Shown here: piece by piece, positions 1-13,049 of the stretch
Position numbering within the stretch: position 1 is the stretch's first letter
How the letters are laid out: the number at the start of each line of letters is the position of its first letter
Assembly: GCA_002633005.1 (NCBI GenBank)
Contig: NMRA01000103.1
Span: forward strand, 158,690-222,689
Source of the DNA: Phoronis australis
Lineage: Eukaryota > Animalia > Phoronida
Direction: 5' to 3'
Length of the DNA stretch: 64,000 nucleotides
Translations under genes and position numbers: made by a program
The notes under the pieces: model-generated
What the model was told of the DNA's origin: nothing
The model's input: the letters and a program-made list of their open reading frames with translations, nothing else
Databases searched by the model: none

Positions 1-460
1 TCCACACTGAGACCAATGTACATGTACCAGTCCACACTGAGACCAATGTACATGTACTAGTCCACACTGAGACCAATGTACATGTACCAGTCTACACTGA
101 GACCAATGTACATGTGCCAATCCACACTGAGACCAATGTACATGTACCAATCCACACTGAGACCAATGTACATGTACCAGTCCACACTGAGACCAATGAA
201 CATGTACCAGTCCACACTGAGACCAATGTACATGTACTAGTCCACACTGAGACCAATGTACATGTACCAGTCCACACTGAGACCAATGTACATTATGTAC
301 CAGTCCAAACCAAGACCAATGCACATGTACCAGTCCACCCTGGGACCAATGTACATGTACCAATTCACACTGAGATCAATGTACATGTACCAGTCCACAC
401 TGAGACCAATGGACATGTACCAGTATACACTAAGACCAATTAATAAACATGTACCAGCCC
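1..460. repeat. 30-bp minisatellite (unit GTCCACACTGAGACCAATGTACATGTACCA), about 15 copies, running off the left edge
   Basis: Direct tandem repetition that degenerates towards 460; it explains the repetitive ORFs at 92-468. Confidence 0.97.
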
Positions 461-906
461 ACAACTGAAGTCGTTGTTATATTATACTACCATTGTCGAC
501 CATTAATTGTACAATATCTAAATGGTATTTAGAAACAGTAATTAACCAGTCATCAGCTTGAAAATTTCAAATTTAATTCAAGTTAACTGTCCTGCAAACT
601 AACACAGATACAAAGATTACTTTGCATTTTCGTTGCAGAAAACATAATATGAGTAAACTTCAAGGGCTTGCATAATTTACATACTTACCGTACCTGTGTG
701 ACATATTCAACTGAAAGTACATCCGCTTGATTTTTATGTTTCACCTGGTAATGTTCTCACATACTCGACTTAAAGCACCCCCTTATTTTAGTCATATTAA
801 GTACACTGGAGATTGACCAATATGAATACCACAGATAATGTATGATAATGTATGATGATGTGAAATGAGCACATGCCAGACAAAGTAGACTCAACACTAG
901 CTATAC

Positions 907-1021
907 CTTGGAGTAAGAGAAGGTGGTGCTGCTGCTGGCCACAAATGCACTGTTACCGTGGTATCAGTAGCTTCCGTCTCCAGTGTTCTGACAGGCGGTA
1001 GTTTAACTAGGTCAGTTAAAT
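907..1021 (-). CDS. Exon of FN3-domain cell-surface protein: (D)LTDLVKLPPVRTLETEATDTTVTVHLWPAAAPPSLTP
   Basis: cag acceptor and gtata donor on minus; phase 1 start matches the phase 1 end of exon 1453-1654; open frame with an FN3-like 'TTVTV.L.P' strand. Confidence 0.8.
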
Positions 1022-1157
1022 CTGCAAAACAAACAACCAAAGGTCATACGTAATCAAAGAAAAATTCTAAATTGAAGCTATTAGGATAGGTTCAGACTGC
1101 CACTTTCACGACTCTAGCTTCTTCTCTTTTAATTACAGATTTCAGACCCGATAAAAT

Positions 1158-1280
1158 GACACAGCTCACCAACTGCCAAACAGCTCACCAACTGTCATAC
1201 AGTTCACCAACCGCCAAACACAGCTCACCAACTGCCAAACACAGCTCACCCACTGCCAAACACAACTCACCAACTGCCAC
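1158..1280. repeat. 21-bp tandem repeat (ACAGCTCACCAACTGCCAAAC), about 6 copies, intronic
   Basis: Direct tandem repetition. Confidence 0.9.
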
Positions 1281-1452
1281 TAATGTTCATGAGTGCACCT
1301 GCAGATTTAATGGTAGAGCTGGTATTAGTTTTCCACAATTTGCAATTTCAAGACAACTTTTTCCCTGTAAAACACATCTTCCCTCTGACAATGTTTGCAT
1401 AGAAAGTTTAGATACTCCCTAAAGTATTGAGAAATGTGACATGCTAAGTTAC

Positions 1453-1654
1453 CGCTGGCTCTAGGTGGCGCTGTCCACACCAAGACGGCGTCACTGGGAT
1501 CACCATATCCTGCAGAGGTCTTGCCAGTCACCGTACATTCGTAGAGTGACGCTTTAAGGAGACCTTTAATGGTACCCACCAATGATACACCCAACTGTTT
1601 ACTGACTGAAGTGCCATCTGTTGCTAGGAGAGACTGTTTAAACTGACAGGATAT
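1453..1654 (-). CDS. Exon encoding the second half of an FN3 domain: ISCQFKQ...IKGLLKASLYECTVTGKTSAGYGDPSDAVLVWTAPPRAS
   Basis: tttag acceptor and gtaac donor; 202 nt, phase 0 to 1; FN3 signature GL....Y...V...T..G.G..S. Confidence 0.9.
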
Positions 1655-2044
1655 CTAAAAACACGACAAACATTTGGTATAATTACCATTACTGTCACTG
1701 GCACTGTTGTTATGAATGCTAATAGAGAATATTCTAAATATAACTCCATTAAAAGCTGATTTGTATTTAACTGTGCTCTCAAAGTCTTAAAAACATGAGA
1801 CCGACTTCATTTAAATAACCTAATTTCAAATTCAGGAGGTCAAGGTGGTATTTCAATAGCAACTTTTTAAGTGATGAAATTTCACTGCTTCAAAATCTCC
1901 ATCCAAGTGGAATATGAACTGTAGGTGGTGTTTCACCATTGCACGCAAAATAGTCTCTACCGCCATCTAGCGATCTCCTCATCAAATTTTAACATGTCGC
2001 GGTGATATGTACTCTGATGGTTGACAACTATGCAAATATCATAC

Positions 2045-2149
2045 CTTGTATCCACTTATTTTGCCCCTTGGGTTCACTGGCTCCTTCCATTGGAAACCCA
2101 ATGACGTGTCAGATCGAGTGATGTTCTGGACGTCAACCGGCATCTCTGG
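2045..2149 (-). CDS. Exon encoding the first half of an FN3 domain: PEMPVDVQNITRSDTSLGFQWKEPVNPRGKISGYK (receptor PTP / RTK-like ectodomain)
   Basis: ttacag acceptor (alternative cag 4 nt downstream) and AAG|gtatg donor; FN3 signature S.TSL...W..P..P.G.I.GY; splices in frame to 1453-1654. Confidence 0.9.
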
Positions 2150-3690
2150 CTGTAACATAATTACAAATTAAAATTCACATTTTTACACAGAACACCATCA
2201 TAAAAATTTATGCAGCTTGGGAAACAAATGGATATTTAACAACCTATGTATATTCCAAAGTGTAATCTGCTTGGAAGTATGGTACATTTTGAACACTTGA
2301 TCTTTAAAGTCATGTTTATCAAGATTCACTTGTACAACTGACTAAGCGTTATAAACCAAGTTGCTAAAACTTACCAAAACTGCACGAACAATCAAACGTT
2401 ATCAGTGCAACAGACATTACAACAAGAGTAACAAGGAGCGTTGAAATGCGCCCATGAATGCATCACAAATGGTGTGCTTTTAGGGTTGTTTATTTGTCAT
2501 AAAAATGGCCACTAGATGGTGCAAAAATGTACAATCCATCTGAAAATGGGTACAGAATTAAGCCACTAGGGGGCACAGTGTTCATTGGATCCGCCTGAAA
2601 GTAGTCATTGTCTGTTGTTAGCTTCCACACATACTAAATTTAATAAAGACCCAGCCGTGGGTTTAGGCGCAAAGCAAAACAAAACTACCATTGGAGAAGC
2701 CACTGTAGTCAAAGTCGTCATCGTCAACCATAATCTTCACACAGAGAACATGAGCGCCAATTACCAAATTAAAAATACTTACGAACAAACCCTGAAAATA
2801 CCCGGTGAACAGTTTGAATTATTTTTCACTGGCAGAGAACCACTTTCAATATTGCAATTTAGTCTGTTGATCGCGTTCCAGGTCTCTTTAAAATGGAACT
2901 GCACGGTAATTTCTTGTCTGTGATTGCTTAGTCAAATTACTTAGAAACAACATATAGCGACGATATGAATAAGAAGTAGGTTAAAAATTGACTTGAGTCG
3001 AAAATTATCCGCAATAAATCACTCAACCGCATCCAGTATGCATTGTGACGTGGTGTTTGGGAATAACACTGCATGATGCGGCAATGTGAGCCCCCAAAGA
3101 TAGTCATTAGTGCAAAGTTCACCTATTTGCAAAATTCTGTTTTCATATTTACAAGTTGTCAGTGAATACAGCTGAACTGAGTCTAGTGCAGATGATGTTC
3201 AAATACCACTGTCGTTTTGCTTCACTATACATTTGCATGAATTATATCACTTGTTTAAAAGCTTAGTTATTTGTTTCATTACTTTGTATTACAGCATTTA
3301 TTACGTGTACAACTCCAGAACCAAACACCTTTATTATACTTTAAGTTACCGTCATTTCTGTACTTTTACCTTATGTTTCTGCTTATGCTGGAGTATCCTT
3401 ACAGTTTGTTGCTACTGACGTTTTCGTTATTCTGTAAACTTGATTCGATAATTGTCTTTTGATGGATTTCTCACGCGTAACCGTATTCTGTGCACGTTGC
3501 ATTGCATTACAATGGCGGACTGTCGCTGAACTCCAGATGGTGACAAGTACGGATATTTATGACTTTTTCTCCTAGAGATTCCGCTAGGATTACGTGGGAG
3601 ATACTGGTGAGTTTTTATGGCATGTTTGAGCACATTACATCCAAAAAATACATGCAAGCAATACTCACGTTGTGGGCACCTACACTACAG

Positions 3691-6600
3691 TACGTGTTTG
3701 GACTGGTCATGAGTAGTACTGCGTTGCATTAGCAATTCGATGTAGGAATGCAACACCATTCGAACAAAGTTATCTTTAAAATGTAGAAATCGATCATATA
3801 TGTATTTAGAGACTCTTTTGCCCAATAGCTGAGTCGTGGCAAGCGCTGAAAGCTTCTCAGCCATGACGGCCCAGCGGGACTTGGTATTCGCGGTGTTGTA
3901 AAAAAATCAGGAATATCGGTGAAAATTTGTTACAAAATGATGCATTATGTCGTTGAGTTAATGAATTTTGTAATATTTTATGAAGATATACATATGCTGT
4001 ATTAGTTTCGGCTAAAAGTGTGCTTGATTAACACAAATATGGAATGAGTAAATTAGGCAGTCAGACATACGACTGTACATGTACGGACTCGCCTGAGACA
4101 GCTGCACGGACACGTTATGAGTAGATTTTTGAAAACTGCACGAATTCGCCTGTGGACTGGTTAACATTTAGTCACATTTTTACCACAATAGACCGTTTAC
4201 CGTTATATTTAACAATAGTTCTCATGGAGTATAGTCGGATAGGTGACTTGATAAAGATGAATTTGCAAATGGTGTATTAAAGTGAATACACAGACAGGAA
4301 GTGTTAGGCCAATTGTCATTAACCATTTTGGACTGAATGAAATCGATGCAAAAACATTTTTTTCTAATCAACCAACTCCAATTGCTGTAACTTCTGTGTT
4401 GGCACGGATCAATTCGCTGAAGTAATTGGCCACGGCATCGTAGATGATGGCGATCAAGTATTTAGGATTAGGTATCTAACATTGCATAAACACAGTGGTT
4501 TGGAATGTTTCAGAGTAAAAAATATGGATGCATTCCCAGCACTGAATACACCGAGCGGAGCGAAAAGAGTGCGAACGGGATACAGAGACAGATTTAGCAC
4601 GAGATTGCAGTGAAATAAAAGAAATATGTGACGTAACACCATGCGTGATCGAGGCTTTGACAGACACTTGGGTCACTGAAGTTTAGTAAGATAATACATG
4701 TACATGTACATGTAGCTGATGGCACATTCCCTTAAGACAATATAGCGTTCTTACTGGATTTAGATGTGGCAGAACTGTTACCCTCGACAACACCGTAACA
4801 ATGAGGTATTCCAACGACATTGTGAAGTTTTGGCGAATCGGATGCAAACTTTTCCACGGAAAAATTGAGATTTATGTGAGCGTTCAAGCATATCGGAATG
4901 AAAACTGGCGGAGACCCATTAGAATCGAAAATAAACTTTGCCGTGCCAAACGTTAAGCAACTGCCTGCATCAAAAGTGAAATAAAAAGTGTGGTGGAGAC
5001 ATTGACCTGTTCGGTTACGAAGATGAACCAAATTTGAAAGACGGACAACAAAGACTTAAACAGGAAAATGAGAATGTAGATGAACTGGGTAATTTGTTAC
5101 AACTGTAGTCCATTAGGGGCATTTTTTAAGAATCCCCAAATGTGGAAATCGGTGTAATGAGGCATTCTCGGGATTGTACTGAAACCCCCTCCTCTCCCTC
5201 CTCCCCCAAATCCCCCGACTTCTAAGACCACCTCGACCTACAAGCACCTCGAACCACGACAAATGAGCCACGACCCCTCGAGCCAAGACCCCCTCGACCC
5301 ACAACCTGTGGCAATAGAGGTATCTGTGCGTTTTTTACGTATTTCAAAATCTTATTAATACGCTGGGCGACTTTCTCAAAAGACATGCCTTCATGCGAGT
5401 CTGCTACGGCAGAAAACAGAAAGTGGCGTGAGAACACTGGTGGTCTTGAATATCATGAAAGTCAACGTAACGCGCAGCACAGTTCCACGAGTGGCTATCA
5501 CAGTTCTAATAAACTTAGGGAGAGAGAGTACGTTAACGTGAATCTACATAATTTCACAATCTTATTATTTGGTTTATATTTTATACTCGTTTGCAATATA
5601 CTCCATATAACGTTGAAATACTTTTAGTTAGCAGTATGTTTTTTAAACTGGTTTACTGGTGAAATTACAGTTTTGTCAGTTCCTCAGACTCTGCAATTTA
5701 GTGAAGAGCAGACGAGACGATTACACTCTGTCGGGAACGACATTTCTATGGTTGATAGCTCTTTGATTTGATTTGGTCGCGTTGTTGTTTTCTGTTTTTG
5801 GCTTTCAAACTTGCCGAATCGACTGCCTTAATTGCAAACGAAAACGGGGAAAAGCCAGCCGAGCTCATGGCCCAACCCATTGGTCCTACAAGTCAGCGCT
5901 TGTTCTATGTTCAGATCTAGCCGAACTTGTGTAGACTAGGTTGACAGGGTTCTGGGTCGTGGGGGTTGTGGACGAGGTAGTCGTGGATCGAGGGATGCAG
6001 GGGACGAGGGGGGTCGTGGGGGTTGTGGGACGAGGTAGTCGTGGATCGAGGGATGCAGGGGACGAGGGGGTTTCAGAACAATCCTCATTATCGCGACAAA
6101 CGTTGCGGTCTGTTGAATGCGAATTTTAGATTATTTCCTCCAGTTCGGAGTCCTTGAAACAGTCTGCTAATCTTTGAAGTTAAGTGCTGGAGAATTTACG
6201 TCGTAGAAACCAGCAAATCTCAGTTATTTCTGGGAGATATGTGCAGTAGGTCGGACAGCAAGTTTTAGGTCGGGAATCCAATTGTAAAGTTATTTCACAT
6301 TTTTTATAGAGATACTTGTCTGGTTTATGTGTATAGGAATGAGTTATTCTCTGCTGGTACTGATGCATAATTGGACGACAACAATAAGTTGAAAACTCCA
6401 CCGGCTCAATGCGAAACCGTACTGTACAGTTGCTCATGACGAGTTCGGACAGTCACGCGAAACTCGAGTATGACGACTCCGTTCAGATATTTTGACAGTA
6501 GGTACAGTATCTTAAAATGCTACAAATTACAAATATTAAATATACTTCTCATACGCGTTTTCTATGGTTATATGACGGTACTTAAACACAAAAATTTAGT

Positions 6601-6865
6601 CAAACAAAAACAAATGTAAAAAAATAGACACTCGTTGTTAATCATTGTGTAAACAATCAGTGAAACCTCTTGAGCATGGCACCGTATTAAAATGATTAAG
6701 GTCACATTCAATGACTGCTCTTCCACTGAGTGCATGCCAACAGTTTCATTGCAAAATGTCATGTGTAATGCGGTAAAAAATCTCATCAAGTACGCTTTGT
6801 AGGGGAATAGTTGCCGATTTTGCTCATGAGGACGCCGTACTCCTCATGACCATTCCAAACACGTA
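3691..6865. mobile_element. Non-autonomous TIR DNA transposon, about 3.2 kb, superfamily unclear
   Basis: 34-bp inverted termini TACGTGTTTGGA(C/A)TGGTCATGAG(T/G)AGTAC(T/G)GCGT with 3 mismatches; TSD not resolved. Confidence 0.65.
5171..6084. mobile_element. MULE/Foldback-like non-autonomous element nested in 3691-6865
   Basis: TIR GGATTGT(A/T)CTGAAACCCC, mirror-image C-rich and G-rich subterminal repeats, degenerate 9-bp TSD GCATTCTCG/TCATTATCG. Confidence 0.7.
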
Positions 6866-9865
6866 GTACAGGTCCCTCGCCATGAAGACTGATCAGAACA
6901 AATGCTTTTGCAGTCCACCATCAAACAGGCCCTCGCAAAAGAGCGCTAACTGGACACACTGCAAAACCCATGCGTTAAGAAGTTTGATGCTTTTAGTCAA
7001 TAAATTTGTTATTTTTTACTTTTAAAGTGTTCAACACCATTGAAAGGCATTTAGACGAGGAATCTGGTGACAACTGAACATTGGTTGATGTTAACAATTT
7101 CTTGTATTTATTTTCAGTGGGGTGTTCCTCATTGGGGATACTGATTTAGTGGACAAAATTGTTCAAGGGAAGTTGCGTGTAGTATAGTTCTGGGCATTGG
7201 GCCAAATGCACGATCTTAAAATAAAATATGGATAACTATTTGTTTGCGATGACCTCATTTTTTCATTCAATTTTCATCTGATAACGATAAAATGCAAAAT
7301 TATAAACCTCTTTCTAAGGCCATTCCGACAAGTCAAGTTCCCATACAGTAGCTAAAAGTGATATGGAACAATTTCGATTTAACCAGTAATGGTAAATAAT
7401 TATTTTACCAATCTACGATCTGTACAATACAGGCCTAACATTTCGTGTTGACTTTTAGATAGTCTTAAAATTCTTTTCAATGGGAAAATATGAAGAGAAA
7501 TTATGACATGAAGAATTTTTCTATCATATCATTTCATTCGGTTACAACGTCACCTTGAGGAAAGTCGTGTGTGGTACTGGTAGAAGATTTGCTAGTTGTA
7601 AAAATATAAGATACATTCAATTCATGGCTTAAAACGTGTTTATAAATAGGTTTCCGTAAAGCCAGCTAATTATATGTCTTTAACCAATTACTACACAGAC
7701 GAATGCCAACATTTGACAGTCATTTTAATATAGTTCATCCTCAAAAGATTTTAAGAATTGTAGGTATTTCACAAACCGAGCCACTTTACTCTGACGGGAT
7801 GCACATGTTTAAACATTTTACAGCTGCTTCTGTCTAAAACGTTTGTGGAATTCCCCTACACAATTTTACAAAAAAAGTTTCTGACACGCGTATTCAGCTG
7901 TATACAGATCACTCTTTGGTACACTTCTTTGAAAAACAAAGTGGAGTCTTTAATACTATATATACGCATCAGCAATACTATATTTATTTGTCACTAAGGC
8001 CATGTTTTGATAACATTAAGTGTACACTGGTATGCGACAGTGAACGTTTATTGGACTTAACGCTTTGGATAAAGCTTTAGATCAGTGAAGGAACAGAACA
8101 ATGTACGCTTTCCACAAAAGTGCTGGTATTCAAGTCTCATCGTGTCGTCGTAAAATTGACTATCTTTAAGTAAATCGGTTGATCTAAGTGCAAATTAATG
8201 TCAAGTTAACTTAAATGGGATGAATGAAAGAGTGCGTGACTGGGTGTGAAAGTCCTTCCCTTTCAACTTTCCTCAACCCCTCTTCTGTAATAATTTCATA
8301 TCAGTTGTGCGCCCAATCACTACGATTCCTTTTTCAAATAAACTAACTGTCCTGTATTATGCATTGCATATTGTAAGGATATGTACATGTAGTTAGGACC
8401 ACCCTACACCAGTCACAGTCGTTAATATGATTTCTGGGTAAATAAACGCATTCGCTGAAAAAAGACTATTCACCATTTGTTAAACATTTTCCCTCTGTCG
8501 TATGATGCATTACCTATTTTTTTAAAAATGTCCCAGTTTAATCATTAATCGCTGTCATGAGAACCAGAAATTATTTCACTCATGCCAGTGCACGATTCAC
8601 GTGACAAGAACTGTTTGTCTGGCGTATGATTTGCATAAGTATAACGTGTCAATGAATCATGCATGCGTTTTCAAAATTGTGACAAGCACCGTGCTGTTGA
8701 TAAGATCTACGATTATGTGGGTAACGAATTCGCTTATACAGATGTTAATGTTCATTCTTATTACGCACTAACACATGATTAAAAGCAAATTTTATACGAA
8801 ATGTCAGTTTCCCTTGTCCGTATACGGCTACCGATGCTGGTGTTATTTTGCAAAAGGCGTTCACTTGCATCTGCGTTAAATTTCCATAATTTAACGAAAT
8901 GTCACACAGGCCGGATGATCGCGCTGCGAAAGAATGCGCACTTGCACCTCATTTACCCTCGTAAATAAATTGGCGAGCGGGAATACGCCCCCTAACGAGA
9001 ATCAGGGTTGTACAATATAGGTAAATGGTACGCAACCGGTACCCCTTCCCTACTGTACGATGTCAGATATCAAGTTTACTTCTCGTTTTCTTGAAAGAAC
9101 TCGTAGTTCTTTCCAATAGAAAAACTGTTGCAAGGTCTTTATACTCAGTCGATAATGACGCATCTTGTTACATCTTCCAACATTAAAAATGTGGAGTTAG
9201 AGAGAAAACATTTCAACTTCATTTGAAAAGAGAGAGATAGAATAACAAGAGGATAAATGGATCAAAATCTAGCCCCATGTTGGTCTTACTGTGATTCAAA
9301 TCTTATTGTTTATCAAGTCTGTGGTGCCCGACGTGCTGATGCATGAAGAAATGTTTCCTGAATACGGTCACTTGCTAATTTTACAATAACGTTCCATAAC
9401 TCTACTTTTCAAACGTAGAGAGTTTACTTGTTCGAAGTTGTAGATTTTTTGAGTAATTTGCCCATCGATTTGATAAAACAATAACATGAAATTGCGACTA
9501 CGACGCGTCACTACTCATGACAAAGCTATTAACTCAGTTATTTTAAATGTACATTTGAACATTGATGCCCCACTAAGGAAATGAAACGAGTAAAAAACAA
9601 ATCAAGTTACTAATTAATTAGTCTTTACGCGTTCTATTTGTTCTCAAAACCTATTTTTGAAACAAAGAGTGTGACTGTCGTACGTTTACATGTATGTGCT
9701 CCTGCACCGTGATTGGCTGGGCTCGTTAGCTCAATTGACATGTCAGAACTGCCTTTTGCTGTCTTGCATGACAAACCCACCTTCAAACAGTATATACAAC
9801 AGTCTCACACCAAATCTATATTTCGCATTAGCGATCTCTGTTGACGTCTAATTGAACAGCAAGCG

Positions 9866-9937
9866 ATGGAGACATTATTGCTCTGCTTTTTGACCGGTGG
9901 CGCATCCTTAGCAGTGTCGGGTCTTGCTACCAATGTG
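9866..9937 (+). CDS. Candidate signal-peptide exon of PLAC-like gene A: METLLLCFLTGGASLAVSGLATNV
   Basis: gcgATGG start, hydrophobic core, small residues at a plausible cleavage site, TATA-like GTATATA near 9790, GTG|gtgaaa possible donor. Linkage to 16094 is inferred only. Confidence 0.4.
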
Positions 9938-9944
9938 GTGAAAA

Positions 9945-12189
9945 AAGTGGTCAAACTTTCAGAAGTAAAATGCACCTAATGACCCCATGGGTGCACCAAA
10001 TGACCTGAAAATTTAGAATTCATACTCAATTGCACCTAGTAAACAGATACTTAATTCTGAAGTGTCTAGCTCAAAATTTTAGTTTGCACTCAATGACCTT
10101 AAACATAAGAGATATAGCATTTTGAACGTTACATGACCTTTGCACTAATTGACCTTATCCGGTGCATTTTAAGCATATTTAGGAGAATTATTGCAAAGCC
10201 CATGGGAAATGTGTTTAACGCTGAGAATCACAGTTGTCTAACGGTTGACACATCAGAATACTTGCTGATTCAAAAGGTCAAATTTTCAGAAGAAAAACGC
10301 ACCTAATGACCCCACGTTTGCACTAAATGATCTGAAACTTTGGATTCCGATTTGATTTACCTGTGGCAATCAGACCTGTCAATTTGAAGTGTCTAACTTA
10401 AAATTTTAGTTCGTACCTAATGACCTTTGACCTGTTTCACCTGATTGGATGACCCGATTACTCAGAAAAGTAATTTATTAAATTCTCATGTAGACTTATA
10501 CCTGTGAACCGAATTTGAAAAAGATAGCTTTAAAACTGAAGGAGGAGTAGAATTTTGAAAATTATATGACCTTTGCACCAAATGACCTCTTCCGGTGCAA
10601 TATGGAATATGATTATGTAACCAATCAAAATTTATATATTTGCAAAAGTCATATGCTGAAGTTAAAGACCGTACCTGCACCCAATTTGGAGTTATTAAGC
10701 CTCAAAGTTGGTCGGAAGAAGAAGAATAAGAAGAATAAGAACTAGAAAGATTATTGTCACGGCGTGACAATAACGGGCTCTGCGCGTGCGTATTACTGGG
10801 ATTATTATGGGAAGTTACTGACAGCAACCCGTTTACCAATATGAAAAGGAATTCTTTAAAATTGTAGGACAAATTACATATTAATTTTTGATGACCTTTC
10901 CAGTAATTGACCTCTTCCGGTGCATTATGAGCCCCGATGAGGGACTAATTGCTAACTCGATTAAAAGTGTGGTTAATGCTGATAATCACAGATGTTTTAC
11001 TTTAAGCACTTCAGAATACAAGATGAATGATTTGGTCAAACTTTCAGAAGAAAAATGCACCTAATGACCCAATGGGTGCACCAAATGACCTGAAAACTTA
11101 GAATTCAAACTCAATCGCACACTTAACAAACAGATATGTAATTTTGAAGTCTCTAGCTCAAAATTTTAGTTTGCACTCAATGACCTTTGCCCTATTTTTT
11201 CTGATTGGTTAGGCCTATTGTGAAGTAAAGTAGGGTATTCAATTGGCATGTTGACTTACACCAGTGTGCTGAAATTGAAAAGAATTCCTAGAAAAACGTA
11301 AGAGATATAACATTTTGAACGTTACATGACCTTTGCACTAATTGACCTCATCCGATTCATTTTAGGCATCTTTAGGAGACTTATTGCAAAGCCCATGGAA
11401 AATGTGTTTAACGCTGAGAATCAAAGTTGTCTAACGGTTGACTCATCAGAATACTTGCTGATAGAAAAGGTCAAATTTTCAGAAGAAAAATGCACCTAAT
11501 GACCCCATGATTGCACTAAATGACCTGGAACTTTGGATTCCGATTTGATTTACCTGTGGCAATCAGACCTGTCAATTTGAAGTGTATAGCTCAAAATTTT
11601 AGTTTGTACTTAAGGACCTTTGACCGATTTCACCTGATTGGATGACCTGATTACTTAGAAAAGTATTTTTTTTAAATTGTCATGTTGGCTTATACCTGTG
11701 AACCGAATTTGAAAAAGATAGCTTTAAAACTAAAGGAGGAGTAGCATTTTGAAAATTATATGACCTTTGCACCAAACGACCTCTTTGGTGCAATATGGAA
11801 AAAGTCATATGCTGAATTTAAAGACCGTACCTGCACCCAATTTGGAGTTATTAAGCCTCAAAGTGGGTTGGAAGAAGAATAAGAGGAATAAGAATAAGAA
11901 ATAAGAATAAGAATAAAATTGAAGAAAATCCAGGAACAACAGTACTCTGCGCTTACACGCGCAGATTAATAAGAATAAAATTGAAGAAAACCAAGGAACA
12001 ACTGTACTCTGCGCTTACACGCGCAGAATAATAAGAATAAGAAGAATAAGAATAAAATTGAAGAAAACCCAGGAACAACAGTACTCTGCACTTACACGCG
12101 CAGAGTAATAAGAAGAATAAGAAGAATAAGAATAAAATTGAAGAAAACCCAGGAACACCAGTACTCTGCGCTTACACGCGCAGAGTAAT
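9945..12189 (+). mobile_element. Helentron/DINE-1 (HINE)-type non-autonomous cluster: 5'-truncated copy (9945-10740), full copy from 10741, and four tandem 3' ends
   Basis: 5' ACTAGA followed by hairpin TTATTGTCACG-G-CGTGACAATAA and subTIR CTCTGCGCG; internal TGACCTTTG-rich duplicated core; AAG/AAT microsatellite; 3' hairpin CTCTGCGCTTACACGCGCAGAG; same family at 43697-44937. Confidence 0.75.
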
Positions 12190-12876
12190 TATTTGGTATT
12201 AATGATAATCATATGCGTTTTACTTGTACTGAAAAACATTTGCATGGCCGAACTAACCCCCAGCCATCCAAAATCAGTAAATCTATTGAATATTTTCTTC
12301 ATTAAGCTGCTTGAAAAACTCATTTCTTCCGAAATCACATGTTTTCTGTTGTATCAAAGCAAATAATTCCCTACAAATTTTTTACTTAAAGTCGAAGATG
12401 ACATTGAAAATTCTGTAAATTTGCACTGCTTGTTTACGAGCTCTTTGTTTTGTGGCTCAAAATACACAAAAAGTAAAGTGCGTAGTAACCAAACTATCAA
12501 ATCAGTACATCTGAACTGCGCACCCCATCTGTACCCAAAATACAGAATTTCCCACTCGAAACCGAGTGAAAATGTACCCAATCGAGCCGGTGTAGCATTA
12601 AATAATGACTCCGTGAAAAATTACCTCGGTTAGTTTTTTCACAGGGTGTAAATTTAATTTAAAGAATGTTCAACCCATGAAAAAATAACTTCACGTCCGT
12701 GAAACCTGTCCCGTCATTATTCAATGGTTCCCCACAGCAGGGGGTTGGGATAAGAAGGCATGATACCCGCAACTGGCGATCATTCCACGATGTTCGATAC
12801 ACGGATGTTTAGGTCTGGGAGTTACCTGAGTTGCGCGCGGCAAGGGAAATCTTGCTTTTTTAGCATTTGCCGCAAT

Positions 12877-13049
12877 TGACCTATCGCCAGGATTTTGAGT
12901 GACGGCTTATCTGACCATTTAGAACGCATCATTATTGACACACCTTCGTTTCCAAGCCGCCATTTTACCCGACAAACAACACGTTGCACGTTAAAACTTA
13001 TTGTTTGTTAGTCGACATCATGCAAGAGGGCGGAGCTTGCGACAGGTCA
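12877..13049. mobile_element. 173-bp MITE, internal-deletion derivative of the family at 34448-36501
   Basis: TIR TGACCT(A/G)TCGC(C/A)AG flanked by AT on both sides; both ends align in reverse complement with the ends of 34448-36501. Confidence 0.85.

Noticed and set aside
92-468. Repetitive ORFs on both strands, and a CRISPR-like periodic look
   Set aside because: Pure 30-bp tandem minisatellite with no unique spacers; the ORFs are by-products.
689-810. Possible next exon of the FN3 gene (gtaag donor at 688)
   Set aside because: No acceptor gives an open frame in the required phase 2.
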